Below are positions 9,371-18,900 of a stretch of 64,000 bases of DNA, one piece after another. Below the pieces are notes generated by a model. The model made no database searches and was not told where the DNA came from. It saw nothing but the letters and a program-made list of their open reading frames with translations. Where the stretch lies: the NCBI GenBank assembly GCA_944320685.1, contig CALUIK010000007.1, forward strand, positions 51,747 through 115,746, read 5' to 3'. The stretch's first letter is position 1. Every line of letters starts with the position of its first letter. The position numbers and the translations under genes were made by a program. Source of the stretch: an uncultured Alistipes sp. (GTDB taxonomy: Bacteria > Bacteroidota > Bacteroidia > Bacteroidales > Rikenellaceae).

Positions 9371-10756
9371 TCATCCCTTACGCCGCAGCACCTCCGCCAC
9401 AGCCTCGCAGCAGGCGTCTATATTACCCGCTCCGAACGTCACCACCACATCCGTCTCGGCCTTCGACAGCCATGCGGGCAACGCCTCGCGTTCCACCATA
9501 TAGCACGGCACCGCCACCCGATCGGCTATGATCTGCGACGTAACGCCCGCGATAGGCTCCTCGCGCGCAGGGTATATCGGCAGCAGCACCGCCTCGTCGG
9601 CGAGCGACAGCGCCGCGGCGAACCCGTCACACAAGTCGCGCGTACGGGTGTATAGATGCGGCTGGAACACTGCCGTCAGCTTGCGCGCGGGGAACATACC
9701 GCGCACCGACCGTATCGCCGCCTCCAGCTCCTCGGGATGGTGGGCGTAGTCGTCCATATACACCTGCCTCGGAGTATTGACATAGAACTCGAAGCGGCGC
9801 TTCACCCCCTCGAACGAGGCCAGCGCGCGGCGCACGGCGTCGTGGTCGAAAGCTTCGCCGCGGGCCTGCGCAGCACACCATACTGCCGCGACGGCCGCAA
9901 CCGAGTTTTCGACATTCACCCAACCCGGAACACCCGTCCGGCAACCTCCGACGGCACCCGACGGCGTCATTATGTCATAATCGTAATACCCGCCTCCGGC
10001 CGGCCGCATGTTCGCGGCATGGAAATCGCACGGCTCGTCGCACGAGTAACGCCATACGCTCACACCCTCTGCCGGCAGGTCGATATCGACACCCCGCTTG
10101 AGGATTATGTGTCCGTTCGGCCTTACCAGACCGGCAAACTGCCCGAAAGCCTCGCGTACGGCCTCGAAGGTGCCGTATATGTCGAGGTGGTCGGGAGCGA
10201 CAGACGTTATGACCGCCACATCGGGCCGCAGCCGCAGGAACGAACGGTCGAATTCGTCGGCCTCGACGGCGAGGCGGTCGCCAGCACCGAGGACGAGGTT
10301 GCCGGCAAAATTTTTCGATATGCCGCCCAGAAAGGCGCTGCCGCCGCCCGTGGCCACGCGGTTGATCCATGCTATGAGGGTCGAGGTGGTGGTCTTGCCG
10401 TGCGTGCCGGCCACAGCCATCACATACTTGCCCTCCGACAGGTGTCCCAGCATCTGCGACCGTTTCTCCAGAAGGAAGCCTCCTTCGGCGAAGAACCGCA
10501 TCTGCGGATGGTCGTGCGGCACCGCCGGAGTGAATACCGCCATCGTCACCGACGGGTCGCGGAATGCCGCGGGGATATTCTCCACACCGTCCTCGTAGGT
10601 GATGACGGCGCCTTCGCGCGCCAGCTCGTCCGTCAGGTGCGACTCCGTACGGTCGTACCCGGCAACACGGCACCCTTCGTGCAGGAAATAGCGCGCCAAG
10701 GCGCTCATTCCGATCCCCCCGATGCCGAGGAAGTATATGTTAGGATAACGTTTCAT
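9371..10756 (-). CDS. murC: UDP-N-acetylmuramate--L-alanine ligase
   Basis: FLGIGGIGMSALA, AVAGTHGKTTTS, EADEFDRSF, DDYAHHP and FQPHLYTRTRD. Confidence 0.97.
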   Translation of the reverse strand: MKRYPNIYFLGIGGIGMSALARYFLHEGCRVAGYDRTESHLTDELAREGAVITYEDGVENIPAAFRDPSVTMAVFTPAVPHDHPQMRFFAEGGFLLEKRSQMLGHLSEGKYVMAVAGTHGKTTTSTLIAWINRVATGGGSAFLGGISKNFAGNLVLGAGDRLAVEADEFDRSFLRLRPDVAVITSVAPDHLDIYGTFEAVREAFGQFAGLVRPNGHIILKRGVDIDLPAEGVSVWRYSCDEPCDFHAANMRPAGGGYYDYDIMTPSGAVGGCRTGVPGWVNVENSVAAVAAVWCAAQARGEAFDHDAVRRALASFEGVKRRFEFYVNTPRQVYMDDYAHHPEELEAAIRSVRGMFPARKLTAVFQPHLYTRTRDLCDGFAAALSLADEAVLLPIYPAREEPIAGVTSQIIADRVAVPCYMVEREALPAWLSKAETDVVVTFGAGNIDACCEAVAEVLRRKG

Positions 10757-10780
10757 ATCGATAATCCGTTTCTCTCGGTT

Positions 10781-11881
10781 TTACCACACTTTCTCGATCT
10801 GCCGCACCACGCGCTCCGCCGCATCGGGCACACCCAGCGCCGCTATATTGCCGGCAAGCGCTTTCAGCCGCCTGCTGTCCGACAACAGTTCCAAAGCGCG
10901 TTCCATGCCGCACCGCACCGCCTCGGCATCGCGCACCATGACGGCGGCATCGCGCGCAACAAGGGCCTCGGCATTGCGTGTCTGGTGATCCTCCGCCACA
11001 TTGGGCGAGGGGACGAATATCACCGGCTTGCCCACAAGGCAGAGCTCCGAGACGGTGCAGGCGCCGCTGCGCGACACCACTACGTCAGCCACCTCGTAGG
11101 CGTAGTCCATGCGGTCGATGAAGGCTCCCTGCCAGATATTGCGCACGGGGTGCTCCGCCAGAAAGGCGCGCATCTCCGCCTCATAATACTTTCCGGTCTG
11201 CCACAGCACCTGCACCGGAGCCTCGCCGTCCAGCGTCGCAATCCACGACTTCATCATCTCGTTGAGCGAACGCGTTCCGAGCGATCCCCCCACGACCATC
11301 ACCACGGGCAGGTCGGCCCGCAACCCGTAATACTCCAGCGCCTCGGGCCGCTTCGCCGCCGCGCGCGAGAAGTTGCCGCGCAGCGGGTTGCCCGTCTTGA
11401 CGATGCGGTCGGCAGGGAAGAAACGCTCCATACCGTCATAGGCGACGCATATACGGCAGGCGCGACGGGCAAGGATCTTGTTCGTCACGCCGGCGTACGA
11501 GTTCTGCTCCTGTATCACGGTCGGCACACCCATACGCTGCGCCGCCCACAGCACGGGGGCACTGGCATAGCCGCCGAAGCCGGCAACCACATCGGCCGAG
11601 AAGTCGCGTATGATGCCGCGCGCCGCCGCAACACTGCGCACAACCTTAAATGGTACCAGCAGGTTCTTCGGATCGAGCCGTCGCTGCAGCCCTGCTATCG
11701 GGAGCCCTACGATGCGGTATCCCAGCGCCGGCACCTTCTCCATCTCCATCTTGCCTTCGGCACCGACGAACAACAGCTCCACATCGCCGCCCCACTTGCG
11801 CCGAAGTGCCTCGGCTACGGCTACCGCGGGATAGATATGCCCGCCCGTGCCGCCGCCTGAGAGTATAACACGTTTTTTCAT
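10781..11881 (-). CDS. murG: Undecaprenyldiphospho-muramoylpentapeptide beta-N-acetylglucosaminyltransferase
   Basis: MKKRVILSGGGTGGHIYPA, GFGGYAS, EQNSYAG, GGSLG and SRSGA. Start set at ATG 11881; the longer ORF-track extension overlaps comM. Confidence 0.96.
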   Translation of the reverse strand: MKKRVILSGGGTGGHIYPAVAVAEALRRKWGGDVELLFVGAEGKMEMEKVPALGYRIVGLPIAGLQRRLDPKNLLVPFKVVRSVAAARGIIRDFSADVVAGFGGYASAPVLWAAQRMGVPTVIQEQNSYAGVTNKILARRACRICVAYDGMERFFPADRIVKTGNPLRGNFSRAAAKRPEALEYYGLRADLPVVMVVGGSLGTRSLNEMMKSWIATLDGEAPVQVLWQTGKYYEAEMRAFLAEHPVRNIWQGAFIDRMDYAYEVADVVVSRSGACTVSELCLVGKPVIFVPSPNVAEDHQTRNAEALVARDAAVMVRDAEAVRCGMERALELLSDSRRLKALAGNIAALGVPDAAERVVRQIEKVW

Positions 11882-11961
11882 ATTTCCGTTCGTATAGTTT
11901 CTCGGCCCGCCTCGGCGGACACTACTCCGCCCTCCACGGGCGGTCACAAAACAAACCCACC

Positions 11962-13494
11962 TCAACGCCCCCACCCCTCGCGGTCGAGCGAACGGTAGGT
12001 TATGGCCTCCGAGACGTGCTGCGGAAGTATCTGCTCCGTCCCCGCGAGGTCGGCGATCGTCCGCGACACCTTGATTATACGGTCGTAGGCGCGCGCCGAC
12101 AACTGCAGACGGTCCATGGCCCGTTCGAGCAGAGCCCGCGCCTCCGAGGTCAGGAAACAGAAGCGGCGCAACATTGACGGCGTCATCATCGTGTTGGTAT
12201 GTATGCCCGTACCGGCAAAACGCGCCGACTGTATCTCCCGCGCCGCCATCACGCGGCGCCGTATCGAAGCGCTGCTCTCGGCCGCGGCCGTCGCCGACAT
12301 CTCTTCGCGCGAAACCGGCGTCACCTCCACATGCAGGTCTATACGGTCCAACAACGGGCCGGAGATGCGTCCCATATACCGCCGCACGGCCGAAGGCGTA
12401 CACGTACACTCTTTCGTCGGGTGGTTGTAGAAACCGCACGGGCATGGGTTCATCGACGCCACAAGCGTGAAGTTCGACGGATAGTCGACAGCATACCGCG
12501 CCCGCGAGATTGTTATGCGCTTGTCCTCGAGCGGCTGCCGCAACACCTCCAGCACGTTGTGCCCGAACTCGGGCAGCTCGTCCAGAAACAGCACGCCGTT
12601 ATGCGCCAGCGACACCTCCCCCGGCTGCGGGTTCTGCCCGCCGCCTATGAGGGCCACGGGCGAGGCCAGGTGGTGCGGCGCACGGAACGGACGGTGCGTC
12701 ATCAGGCCGCGGCATATACCCAGCTTTCCCGCCACGGAGTGTATCTTGGTGGTCTCCAGCGCCTCCGCTGCCGTCATCGGCGGCAGGATCGATGGCATGC
12801 GCCGCGCCAGCATCGTCTTGCCTGACCCGGGAGGGCCAATCATTATCACGTTATGACCGCCCGCAGCGGCTATCTCCAGTGCCCGTTTGGCGAATGACTG
12901 ACCCTTCACATCGGCGAAATCCTCACCATAGGGCGCCTCATCCTCTGCCGAATACGCATGCCTCGGTTCGGGCGCTATCTCCTCCGCGCCGTTGAGCGAC
13001 GCGGCCACCTGCGACAGACGCTCGACAGCCAGCACATCGATGCCCTCCACGACGGCCGCCTCGGCGGCATTCTCGCGCGGCACATATATGCGCCGCAACC
13101 CCTGCTCTCGCGCCGCGGCCGCAATGGGCAGCACGCCGCGCACGCCACGCACACCGCCGTCGAGCGACAGTTCTCCCACGAAAGCCGAGTCCGTTAGTCG
13201 CTCTGCCGCCACCTGCTCCGTAGCGGCAAGGATGGCAACGGCAATGGGCAGGTCGAAACCCGACCCCTCCTTGCGCAGGTCGGCCGGAGCAAGGTTCACC
13301 ACGCACTTGCGCGCCGTCATGCGGAAGCCCCCGTTCTCGAAAGCCGAACGTATGCGCTGCTCGCTCTCGCGCACGGCATTGTCGGGCAGTCCCACCAGAA
13401 AGAGGCCCAACCCTCCGCCCGTGACGCTCACCTCGACCGACACCCCTACGGCACCGATACCTATAACCGTACCCGTATAGCTGCGAACTACCAT
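11962..13494 (-). CDS. comM: YifB/ComM family Mg-chelatase-like AAA+ ATPase
   Basis: LVGLPDNAVRESEQR, NLAPADLRKEGSGFDLPIA, Walker A GPPGSGKT, LAHNGVLFLDELPEF, MNPCPCG and LSARAYDRIIKVSRTIADL. Confidence 0.93.
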   Translation of the reverse strand: MVVRSYTGTVIGIGAVGVSVEVSVTGGGLGLFLVGLPDNAVRESEQRIRSAFENGGFRMTARKCVVNLAPADLRKEGSGFDLPIAVAILAATEQVAAERLTDSAFVGELSLDGGVRGVRGVLPIAAAAREQGLRRIYVPRENAAEAAVVEGIDVLAVERLSQVAASLNGAEEIAPEPRHAYSAEDEAPYGEDFADVKGQSFAKRALEIAAAGGHNVIMIGPPGSGKTMLARRMPSILPPMTAAEALETTKIHSVAGKLGICRGLMTHRPFRAPHHLASPVALIGGGQNPQPGEVSLAHNGVLFLDELPEFGHNVLEVLRQPLEDKRITISRARYAVDYPSNFTLVASMNPCPCGFYNHPTKECTCTPSAVRRYMGRISGPLLDRIDLHVEVTPVSREEMSATAAAESSASIRRRVMAAREIQSARFAGTGIHTNTMMTPSMLRRFCFLTSEARALLERAMDRLQLSARAYDRIIKVSRTIADLAGTEQILPQHVSEAITYRSLDREGWGR

Positions 13495-13593
13495 ACGCCC
13501 CTGTTTATCTTGTATTCACCTCTTGCATTCATTTACCCCGCACAGCCGCCGGCATAATCACCCGCCGGCCGGGGCCGGCACGCCGCATGTCCG

Positions 13594-15195
13594 TCAGAAC
13601 GGCACGTCGTCCGACAGCGGAGCCTGACGATCGACATTCAGCGGCCCTTGGTCCAGCCCGAACTCGTTGCCCGCCATCGACGCCCCCAAACCTCCCGACA
13701 TAGGGCCGAAACCGCCCTCGGGGCCGTTCGCGCTGCTCGAGATCTGGTTGTAGGACACGCTCCCCATGGGATCCGCCGCCGTGGAATTCTCGTCGGCATC
13801 CATGTCGGCGAAACGCGCCTGATCCTTCAGGAAGCGCAGCTTCACGTCCGTCACGGCACCGTTACGGTGCTTGGCGATGATGATCTCCGCCATACCGGCC
13901 GTAGGCATGCCGTTCTCGTCGGTGTTGATACCGTAATACTCGGGGCGGTGTATGAAAGCCACGATGTCGGCATCCTGCTCAATGGCGCCCGACTCGCGCA
14001 GGTCCGACAGCTGCGGACGCTTCGAGCCGCCGCGCGTTTCGGTCGAACGGTTCAGCTGCGACAACGCTATGATGGGCACATCCAGCTCCTTGGCTATAGC
14101 CTTGAGCGTACGCGAGATGAAAGCCACCTCCTGCTCGCGGTTGCCCTTCGAGTCCTGATTGCCGGTCATGAGCTGCAGGTAGTCGATGACGATGATCTTG
14201 ATGTCGTGGTGTATCTTCAGGCGCCGAGCCTTCGAGCGGAACTCGAAGACCGACAACGCCGGCGTGTCGTCAATATACAGCGGAGCCGTACCAAGAGGTT
14301 TCGTGGCACTTTCGAGATGGCGCCACTGCTCGGGCGTCAGACGGCCGCTCTTTATATCGGTACCGCTCAACCCCGTCTCGGCCACGATAAGCCGCATCAT
14401 CAACTGCACGGCCGACATTTCGAGCGAGAAGAAAGCGACGGACGCCTCGTGGTCGATGGCCATGTTGCGCGCCATGGAGAGCACGAAGGCCGTCTTTCCC
14501 ATCGACGGGCGCGCCGCTACGATTATCAGGTCTGACGGCTGCCATCCCAAAGTCACGCGGTCGATAGCCATGAAACCCGACGGCACGCCGTTGAAGGCGC
14601 TGGTGTTCTTGCTCGCCTGCTCGATCTGTGCCAGAGCCTTCGCCAGCACATCCTTGGCATTCTGCACCGAACGCTTGACGTGGCCTTCGGCGACCTTGAA
14701 TATCTCGCTCTCGGCAAACCCTATCAGATCGGTCACATCCTGATCCTCATCGTAGGAGCGGCGCTGTATCTCCGTGGCGGAGCGTATCAACTCGCGCTGG
14801 ACATATTTCTGTGCAATGATCTTGGCATGGAACTCCACATTGGCCGCCGACCCCACCTTCTGCGTCAGCTGCGCGAGGTAAGCCGCGCCGCCCACCTTCT
14901 TGAGCTCCTTGCGCGCCTTCAGGCGTTCGGTCACCGTATAGAGGTCTATAGGCTTAAGCTCCGCCGACAGGGACTCTATAGCCTTGTATATGAGCCTGTG
15001 CTCCTCGGTGTAGAAGGCATCGGCCGTGATATACTCCTGCACGGCGATTATGCTGTCCTTCTCCAGCATGAGGGCGCCGAGCACCGTCTCCTCAAGCTCC
15101 ACAGCCTGCGGCGGCACCACGCCAGCCACGGGCATGTCGGCGAGTTTATCGTAAGCGGCCCTGTTGGAGGCCGACGGAGTAAATTCCTTTGCCAT
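13594..15195 (-). CDS. dnaB: Replicative DNA helicase
   Basis: PPQAVELEETVLGALM, Walker A ARPSMGKT, IDYLQLM, LSQLNR and DLRESGAIEQDAD. No intein. Start placed at MAKEF because a promoter element lies at 15221-15228. Confidence 0.97.
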   Translation of the reverse strand: MAKEFTPSASNRAAYDKLADMPVAGVVPPQAVELEETVLGALMLEKDSIIAVQEYITADAFYTEEHRLIYKAIESLSAELKPIDLYTVTERLKARKELKKVGGAAYLAQLTQKVGSAANVEFHAKIIAQKYVQRELIRSATEIQRRSYDEDQDVTDLIGFAESEIFKVAEGHVKRSVQNAKDVLAKALAQIEQASKNTSAFNGVPSGFMAIDRVTLGWQPSDLIIVAARPSMGKTAFVLSMARNMAIDHEASVAFFSLEMSAVQLMMRLIVAETGLSGTDIKSGRLTPEQWRHLESATKPLGTAPLYIDDTPALSVFEFRSKARRLKIHHDIKIIVIDYLQLMTGNQDSKGNREQEVAFISRTLKAIAKELDVPIIALSQLNRSTETRGGSKRPQLSDLRESGAIEQDADIVAFIHRPEYYGINTDENGMPTAGMAEIIIAKHRNGAVTDVKLRFLKDQARFADMDADENSTAADPMGSVSYNQISSSANGPEGGFGPMSGGLGASMAGNEFGLDQGPLNVDRQAPLSDDVPF

Positions 15196-15220
15196 AAAAA
15201 GGGGTATGATATTCAAGTTC

Positions 15221-15228
15221 CAAAATTA
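15221..15228 (-). promoter_or_regulatory. Bacteroidota -7 promoter element for dnaB
   Basis: TAATTTTG on the minus strand, about 25 nt upstream of the ATG. Confidence 0.6.
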
Positions 15229-15296
15229 TACAATTTCCGCCGAACAGCAAGGCGTTTTTCCATATTTCGCGCCGCGCGGCGTCCTTCGGAACGCAA

Positions 15297-16019
15297 CTAT
15301 GGCTTAATGCCCAGACTGTTGCGCGGCACAGCCAGCACCGCCACGCTCAACCTTGCCCCCTCGGCCGCAGACATGACGGCGCTGCCGCACGAGACGACCG
15401 TAGCGCCCGTGGTGAAGACGTCGTCCACAAGCAGCACATGGCGCCCCGCCAACCGCTCGGGATGCCGCACCGAGAATATGCCCTCGACATTATCCCACCT
15501 CTCGTGCGCCGTGCGTGTCGTCTGGCTCGAATTGTAACGGTGGCGGCGGACGCAATGGCGCTCCACACCGACCCCCAGCTCACGGGCAATGCCGTCGGCA
15601 AGATGTTCCGATTGGTTGTATCCCCGCATGAGCAGTCTGCGCGGATGCAGCGGCACGGGAACCACGACATCTACCGTACCGTACAACCCTCCCTCCTTCA
15701 TGCAGGCGCCATACCAGCGTCCCAACTCGTATGCCGTACGCCACGCGCCCGAATACTTGAAACGGTGCACCGCCCCGCGCCATGCGCTCCCCTCAACGAA
15801 CCAGAAGAATGCCGAGGCCTGCTCGACGGGAAGCAATCCCCAGAACTTGCGGCTCATGGCATTGTCGTGCTCGAGCCACAGGTTCGTAAGCGGCGCCGTG
15901 ATCTCGCACATCGGGCATACGACGCCTCCGCGGCGCGCCAAAGGCCCGCCGCACACGGGGCACGTGCGCGGAAAGATGAGCGACGCCACATCGGCCGCTA
16001 TGTCACTGAACATCGACAT
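15297..16019 (-). CDS. comF: ComF family protein (zinc ribbon plus phosphoribosyltransferase domain)
   Basis: FPRTCPVCG...CPMC, VPVPLHPRRLLMRGYNQS and LLVDDVFTTGAT. Start could be 16013-16028. Confidence 0.9.
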   Translation of the reverse strand: MSMFSDIAADVASLIFPRTCPVCGGPLARRGGVVCPMCEITAPLTNLWLEHDNAMSRKFWGLLPVEQASAFFWFVEGSAWRGAVHRFKYSGAWRTAYELGRWYGACMKEGGLYGTVDVVVPVPLHPRRLLMRGYNQSEHLADGIARELGVGVERHCVRRHRYNSSQTTRTAHERWDNVEGIFSVRHPERLAGRHVLLVDDVFTTGATVVSCGSAVMSAAEGARLSVAVLAVPRNSLGIKP

Positions 16020-18261
16020 CCACCGCAATGTTTATCTGCCGCAGCCTCTCCTCGGCCGACATATCCTTAAGGCACCCGCGCAACAACTCCCGCGCCCGCG
16101 ACACGGGCCGACCGCTCTCGATCTTAAGCATGATCTGAATGATGAAGACCCCGCGTACGCGGTCTACGGGCGGGGCCACCGGACCGAAGACCCGTCTGCC
16201 GAAACGCTCGCGCAACGCCGCAGCAAGCCACAGAGCCCCCTCGCGCAGGCGGGCGGTGTCGCGGTCGCGCAGCGTCAGCCTGACAAGCCGCGAATAGGGC
16301 GGATAACTGAACGTATGGCGTTCGGTCAGTTCGCTGCGCGCCATGGCCTCGTAGTCCCCCGCCGCAACCCACCGCACCACGGGATTATCCGGCTCCGAAG
16401 TCTGTATGACCACCGTGCCGCCCGTCTCACGGCGGCCGGCACGCCCCGCCACCTGTGTCATGAGCTGGAAGGCCCGCTCCGAAGAGCGGAAATCGGGGCT
16501 GTTCAACAGGTTGTCGGCATTGAGTATGCCCACGACCGAGACGTGTCCGAAGTCGAACCCCTTGGTAATCATCTGCGTACCGACGAGGATGTCGCTGCGG
16601 CCGCTCTCGAAGTCCTTGATTATGCGGTTGTAGGCGCTCTCCGAGGTGGAGGTGTCGCGGTCCAGACGCGATACGCGCGCCTCGGGAAAGAGATCAGCGA
16701 TACACTCCTCGACCCGTTCCGTACCGAAGCCCATCGGCGCAGGATCAGCCGTACCGCACTGCGGGCATACACGCGGTACAGGGGCCGTATATCCGCAATA
16801 GTGGCACTCCATGCGCCCCGACGACTTGTGCAGCGAGAGCGTGACGTTGCAGTGCGGGCAGCGCATAGTCCACCCGCACTCGCGGCACGAAACGAAAGGC
16901 GAGAAACCGCGCCTGTTCTGGAACAGCATAACCTGCTCGCCACGGCCCAGCGCCTGCTCCATGGCCCGTATAAGTTCCATGTTGAAATGGCTGCGACGCT
17001 CACCCCGCTTGACGGCACGCATGGTGTCCGAGACGATGATACCGGGCTGCCGCGCCCCGCCGTAACGCTCCTCTATGACCGAATACCCGTACTTGCCCCA
17101 CAAGGCGTTGGCGTAACTCTCCAACGACGGCGTCGCACTGCCCAGAAGCACGTGGCACCCCGTCATCGAGGCCAGCACCACGGCACAATCGCGCGCGTTG
17201 TATCGCGGCGCCGTGTCGCCCTGCTTGTAGCTCGCGTCGTGCTCCTCGTCGACGACAACCAGCCGCAGACGGCGCAGCGGCAGAAACAGCGCCGAGCGCG
17301 TCCCCACGACCAGCTCGCCACCTTCGCTGTGCAGCAACCGCATGTAGGTCTCCGTACGGCGCAGCACGGTCAGTTTCGAGTGGTATGCCGTCACACGGCT
17401 GCCGAAGACCCGCTCCATACGCTCCACCAGTTGCGCCGTAAAGGCAATCTCGGGCACCAGCATCAGCACGTCGCCCCCCGCAGAGAGGGTCTCGGCGATA
17501 AAGTCCATATATATTTCGGTCTTGCCCGAGCCCGTAACCCCCCGCAGCAGGTGCGCCGTCATGCCCGACGCCCACGAGGCGCGTATCTCCGCCGCCACAC
17601 GGCTCTGCTCCTCAGTCAGCCGCGGCGGCGCAAAGCGCGGAACCCCGCCACGCTCCGCATGGCGCTCGCGCTCCGTGACCTCGACATACCCGGCCTTGCG
17701 CAATGCCGCGAGTATCGGGCCATCGATATCGAGCAGGCGCCGCGGCACAGCCCCGTCCATATCGCGCCCGCCATCGCCGAAGGATGCTATCGTCTCCAGC
17801 GCATCGCAGCGGCGCGGGGCACGGCGCCGTATACGGTCGCACTCCGCCGCCAAAGCCCCCGCATCGCGCCACCTCCCCGACAGGGCGACATACTGCTCCA
17901 TGCGCGGACGGAACACCTCCGCCGAGAACTCCGCCTCCGAGGCGCCGCGCGGCTTGGCCATCGACGGCAGCGCCATACGCATAACCTCGCCCAGCGTACA
18001 CATATAGTAGTCGGCCACCCATTCCCAGAAACGCATCTGACGCTCGTCCAGCAACGGCACGTCGTAGAGGCGCCGCCCGATGCTCTTGACACGCTTGAAA
18101 TCGGGACGCACCGCATGCAGGCGCCACACAATGCCCGTATATATGAAACGGGGACCGAACTGCACAGCAACGGCATCGCCGCAACGGAGCTCCTCACCGT
18201 CGGGCACGGCAAACGAATAGGCCGGCTGGGCCAATGGCAGTACTATGTCGGCGTACATCAT
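16003..18261 (-). CDS. priA: Primosomal protein N' (replication restart helicase)
   Basis: LLRGVTGSGKTEIY, VVDEEHDASYKQ, LGSATPSLES, zinc-binding CxxC pairs (CRECG, CPHC, CHYCG, CPQCG), GFGTERVE and QVAGRAGR. Confidence 0.96.
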   Translation of the reverse strand: MMYADIVLPLAQPAYSFAVPDGEELRCGDAVAVQFGPRFIYTGIVWRLHAVRPDFKRVKSIGRRLYDVPLLDERQMRFWEWVADYYMCTLGEVMRMALPSMAKPRGASEAEFSAEVFRPRMEQYVALSGRWRDAGALAAECDRIRRRAPRRCDALETIASFGDGGRDMDGAVPRRLLDIDGPILAALRKAGYVEVTERERHAERGGVPRFAPPRLTEEQSRVAAEIRASWASGMTAHLLRGVTGSGKTEIYMDFIAETLSAGGDVLMLVPEIAFTAQLVERMERVFGSRVTAYHSKLTVLRRTETYMRLLHSEGGELVVGTRSALFLPLRRLRLVVVDEEHDASYKQGDTAPRYNARDCAVVLASMTGCHVLLGSATPSLESYANALWGKYGYSVIEERYGGARQPGIIVSDTMRAVKRGERRSHFNMELIRAMEQALGRGEQVMLFQNRRGFSPFVSCRECGWTMRCPHCNVTLSLHKSSGRMECHYCGYTAPVPRVCPQCGTADPAPMGFGTERVEECIADLFPEARVSRLDRDTSTSESAYNRIIKDFESGRSDILVGTQMITKGFDFGHVSVVGILNADNLLNSPDFRSSERAFQLMTQVAGRAGRRETGGTVVIQTSEPDNPVVRWVAAGDYEAMARSELTERHTFSYPPYSRLVRLTLRDRDTARLREGALWLAAALRERFGRRVFGPVAPPVDRVRGVFIIQIMLKIESGRPVSRARELLRGCLKDMSAEERLRQINIAVDVDVQ

Positions 18262-18283
18262 AGCATATCCCGTGATCGGATAC

Positions 18284-18291
18284 CAAAGATA
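18284..18291 (-). promoter_or_regulatory. Bacteroidota -7 promoter element for priA
   Basis: TATCTTTG on the minus strand, about 22 nt upstream of the ATG. Confidence 0.6.
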
Positions 18292-18551
18292 GCGAATAAA
18301 TAGCTACCGTTACATATTGTGTCACGCGTTTTGTGCATCAAATCGTAGGGAAAACAATCAAACGGCGGCACGTTTGCTTCATGATACCCGCCACGGCATC
18401 CGCACAGGCATACGACGTCCGGCTCCTGAAGCCTCTGTCCTGCAAAACATTAATCATATCATGTCCAACCGATTCGGGCCTCTCCTCCCGCCGCCCCATG
18501 CCGGACGGATGAAAAACCCGTTCACGCGCGGACTTATTTACAAATATCTAT

Positions 18552-18559
18552 TAACTTTG
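18552..18559 (+). promoter_or_regulatory. Bacteroidota -7 promoter element facing the radical SAM gene
   Basis: TAACTTTG in an AT-rich patch, about 340 nt upstream of the ATG at 18901. Confidence 0.5.
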
Positions 18560-18900
18560 TACAAATTACGGAATACAGGCTATGGAAACATGACATGGCA
18601 CGCTTATGCCAATCAGGTCCGGATGGAGGAGCCGTCCGCTTCATTGGGAGAAAAGGTAAAGTATCAAAAAAGAATCCCGACCGCGGGTATCCGGCATTTT
18701 TGGCGGGACAAGCCCCACATGATAGAACATACGGAGCAGAACCGTTGGCATATTCGCATGACATAATACATGCGAAGGGGACGGGCCCTGCGAACGGCAA
18801 AACCCAAGGATCGCGATCCAAATGATGCCTGCGCCGCCCGCAGCATCGCAATGCAGCTATTACAATCAATATTCCAACCCTATTAAGGTTACGCGCAGAT

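Noticed and set aside
11882-12445. Apparent 187-aa N-terminal extension (fusion) on MurG in the ORF track
   Set aside because: It overlaps comM in another frame and has no protein-like features. MurG begins at the canonical MKKRVILSGGG.
15589-18303. 904-aa plus-strand ORF, and similar long ORFs at 6925-8553, 9656-11860, 38271-39980 and 49773-51974
   Set aside because: These are antisense shadows of priA, ftsA, murC/murG, secY and fusA caused by high GC3 codon bias. They have no recognisable motifs.
18613-18633. TCAGGTCCGGATGGAGGAGCC resembles the SRP (4.5S) RNA domain IV motif TCAGGTCCGGAAGGAAGCAGCC
   Set aside because: The GNRA loop (GGAT) and the AGCAG element (AGGAG) are both altered, and the flanks do not pair into the long SRP hairpin. 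An Infernal search with RF00169 would settle it.
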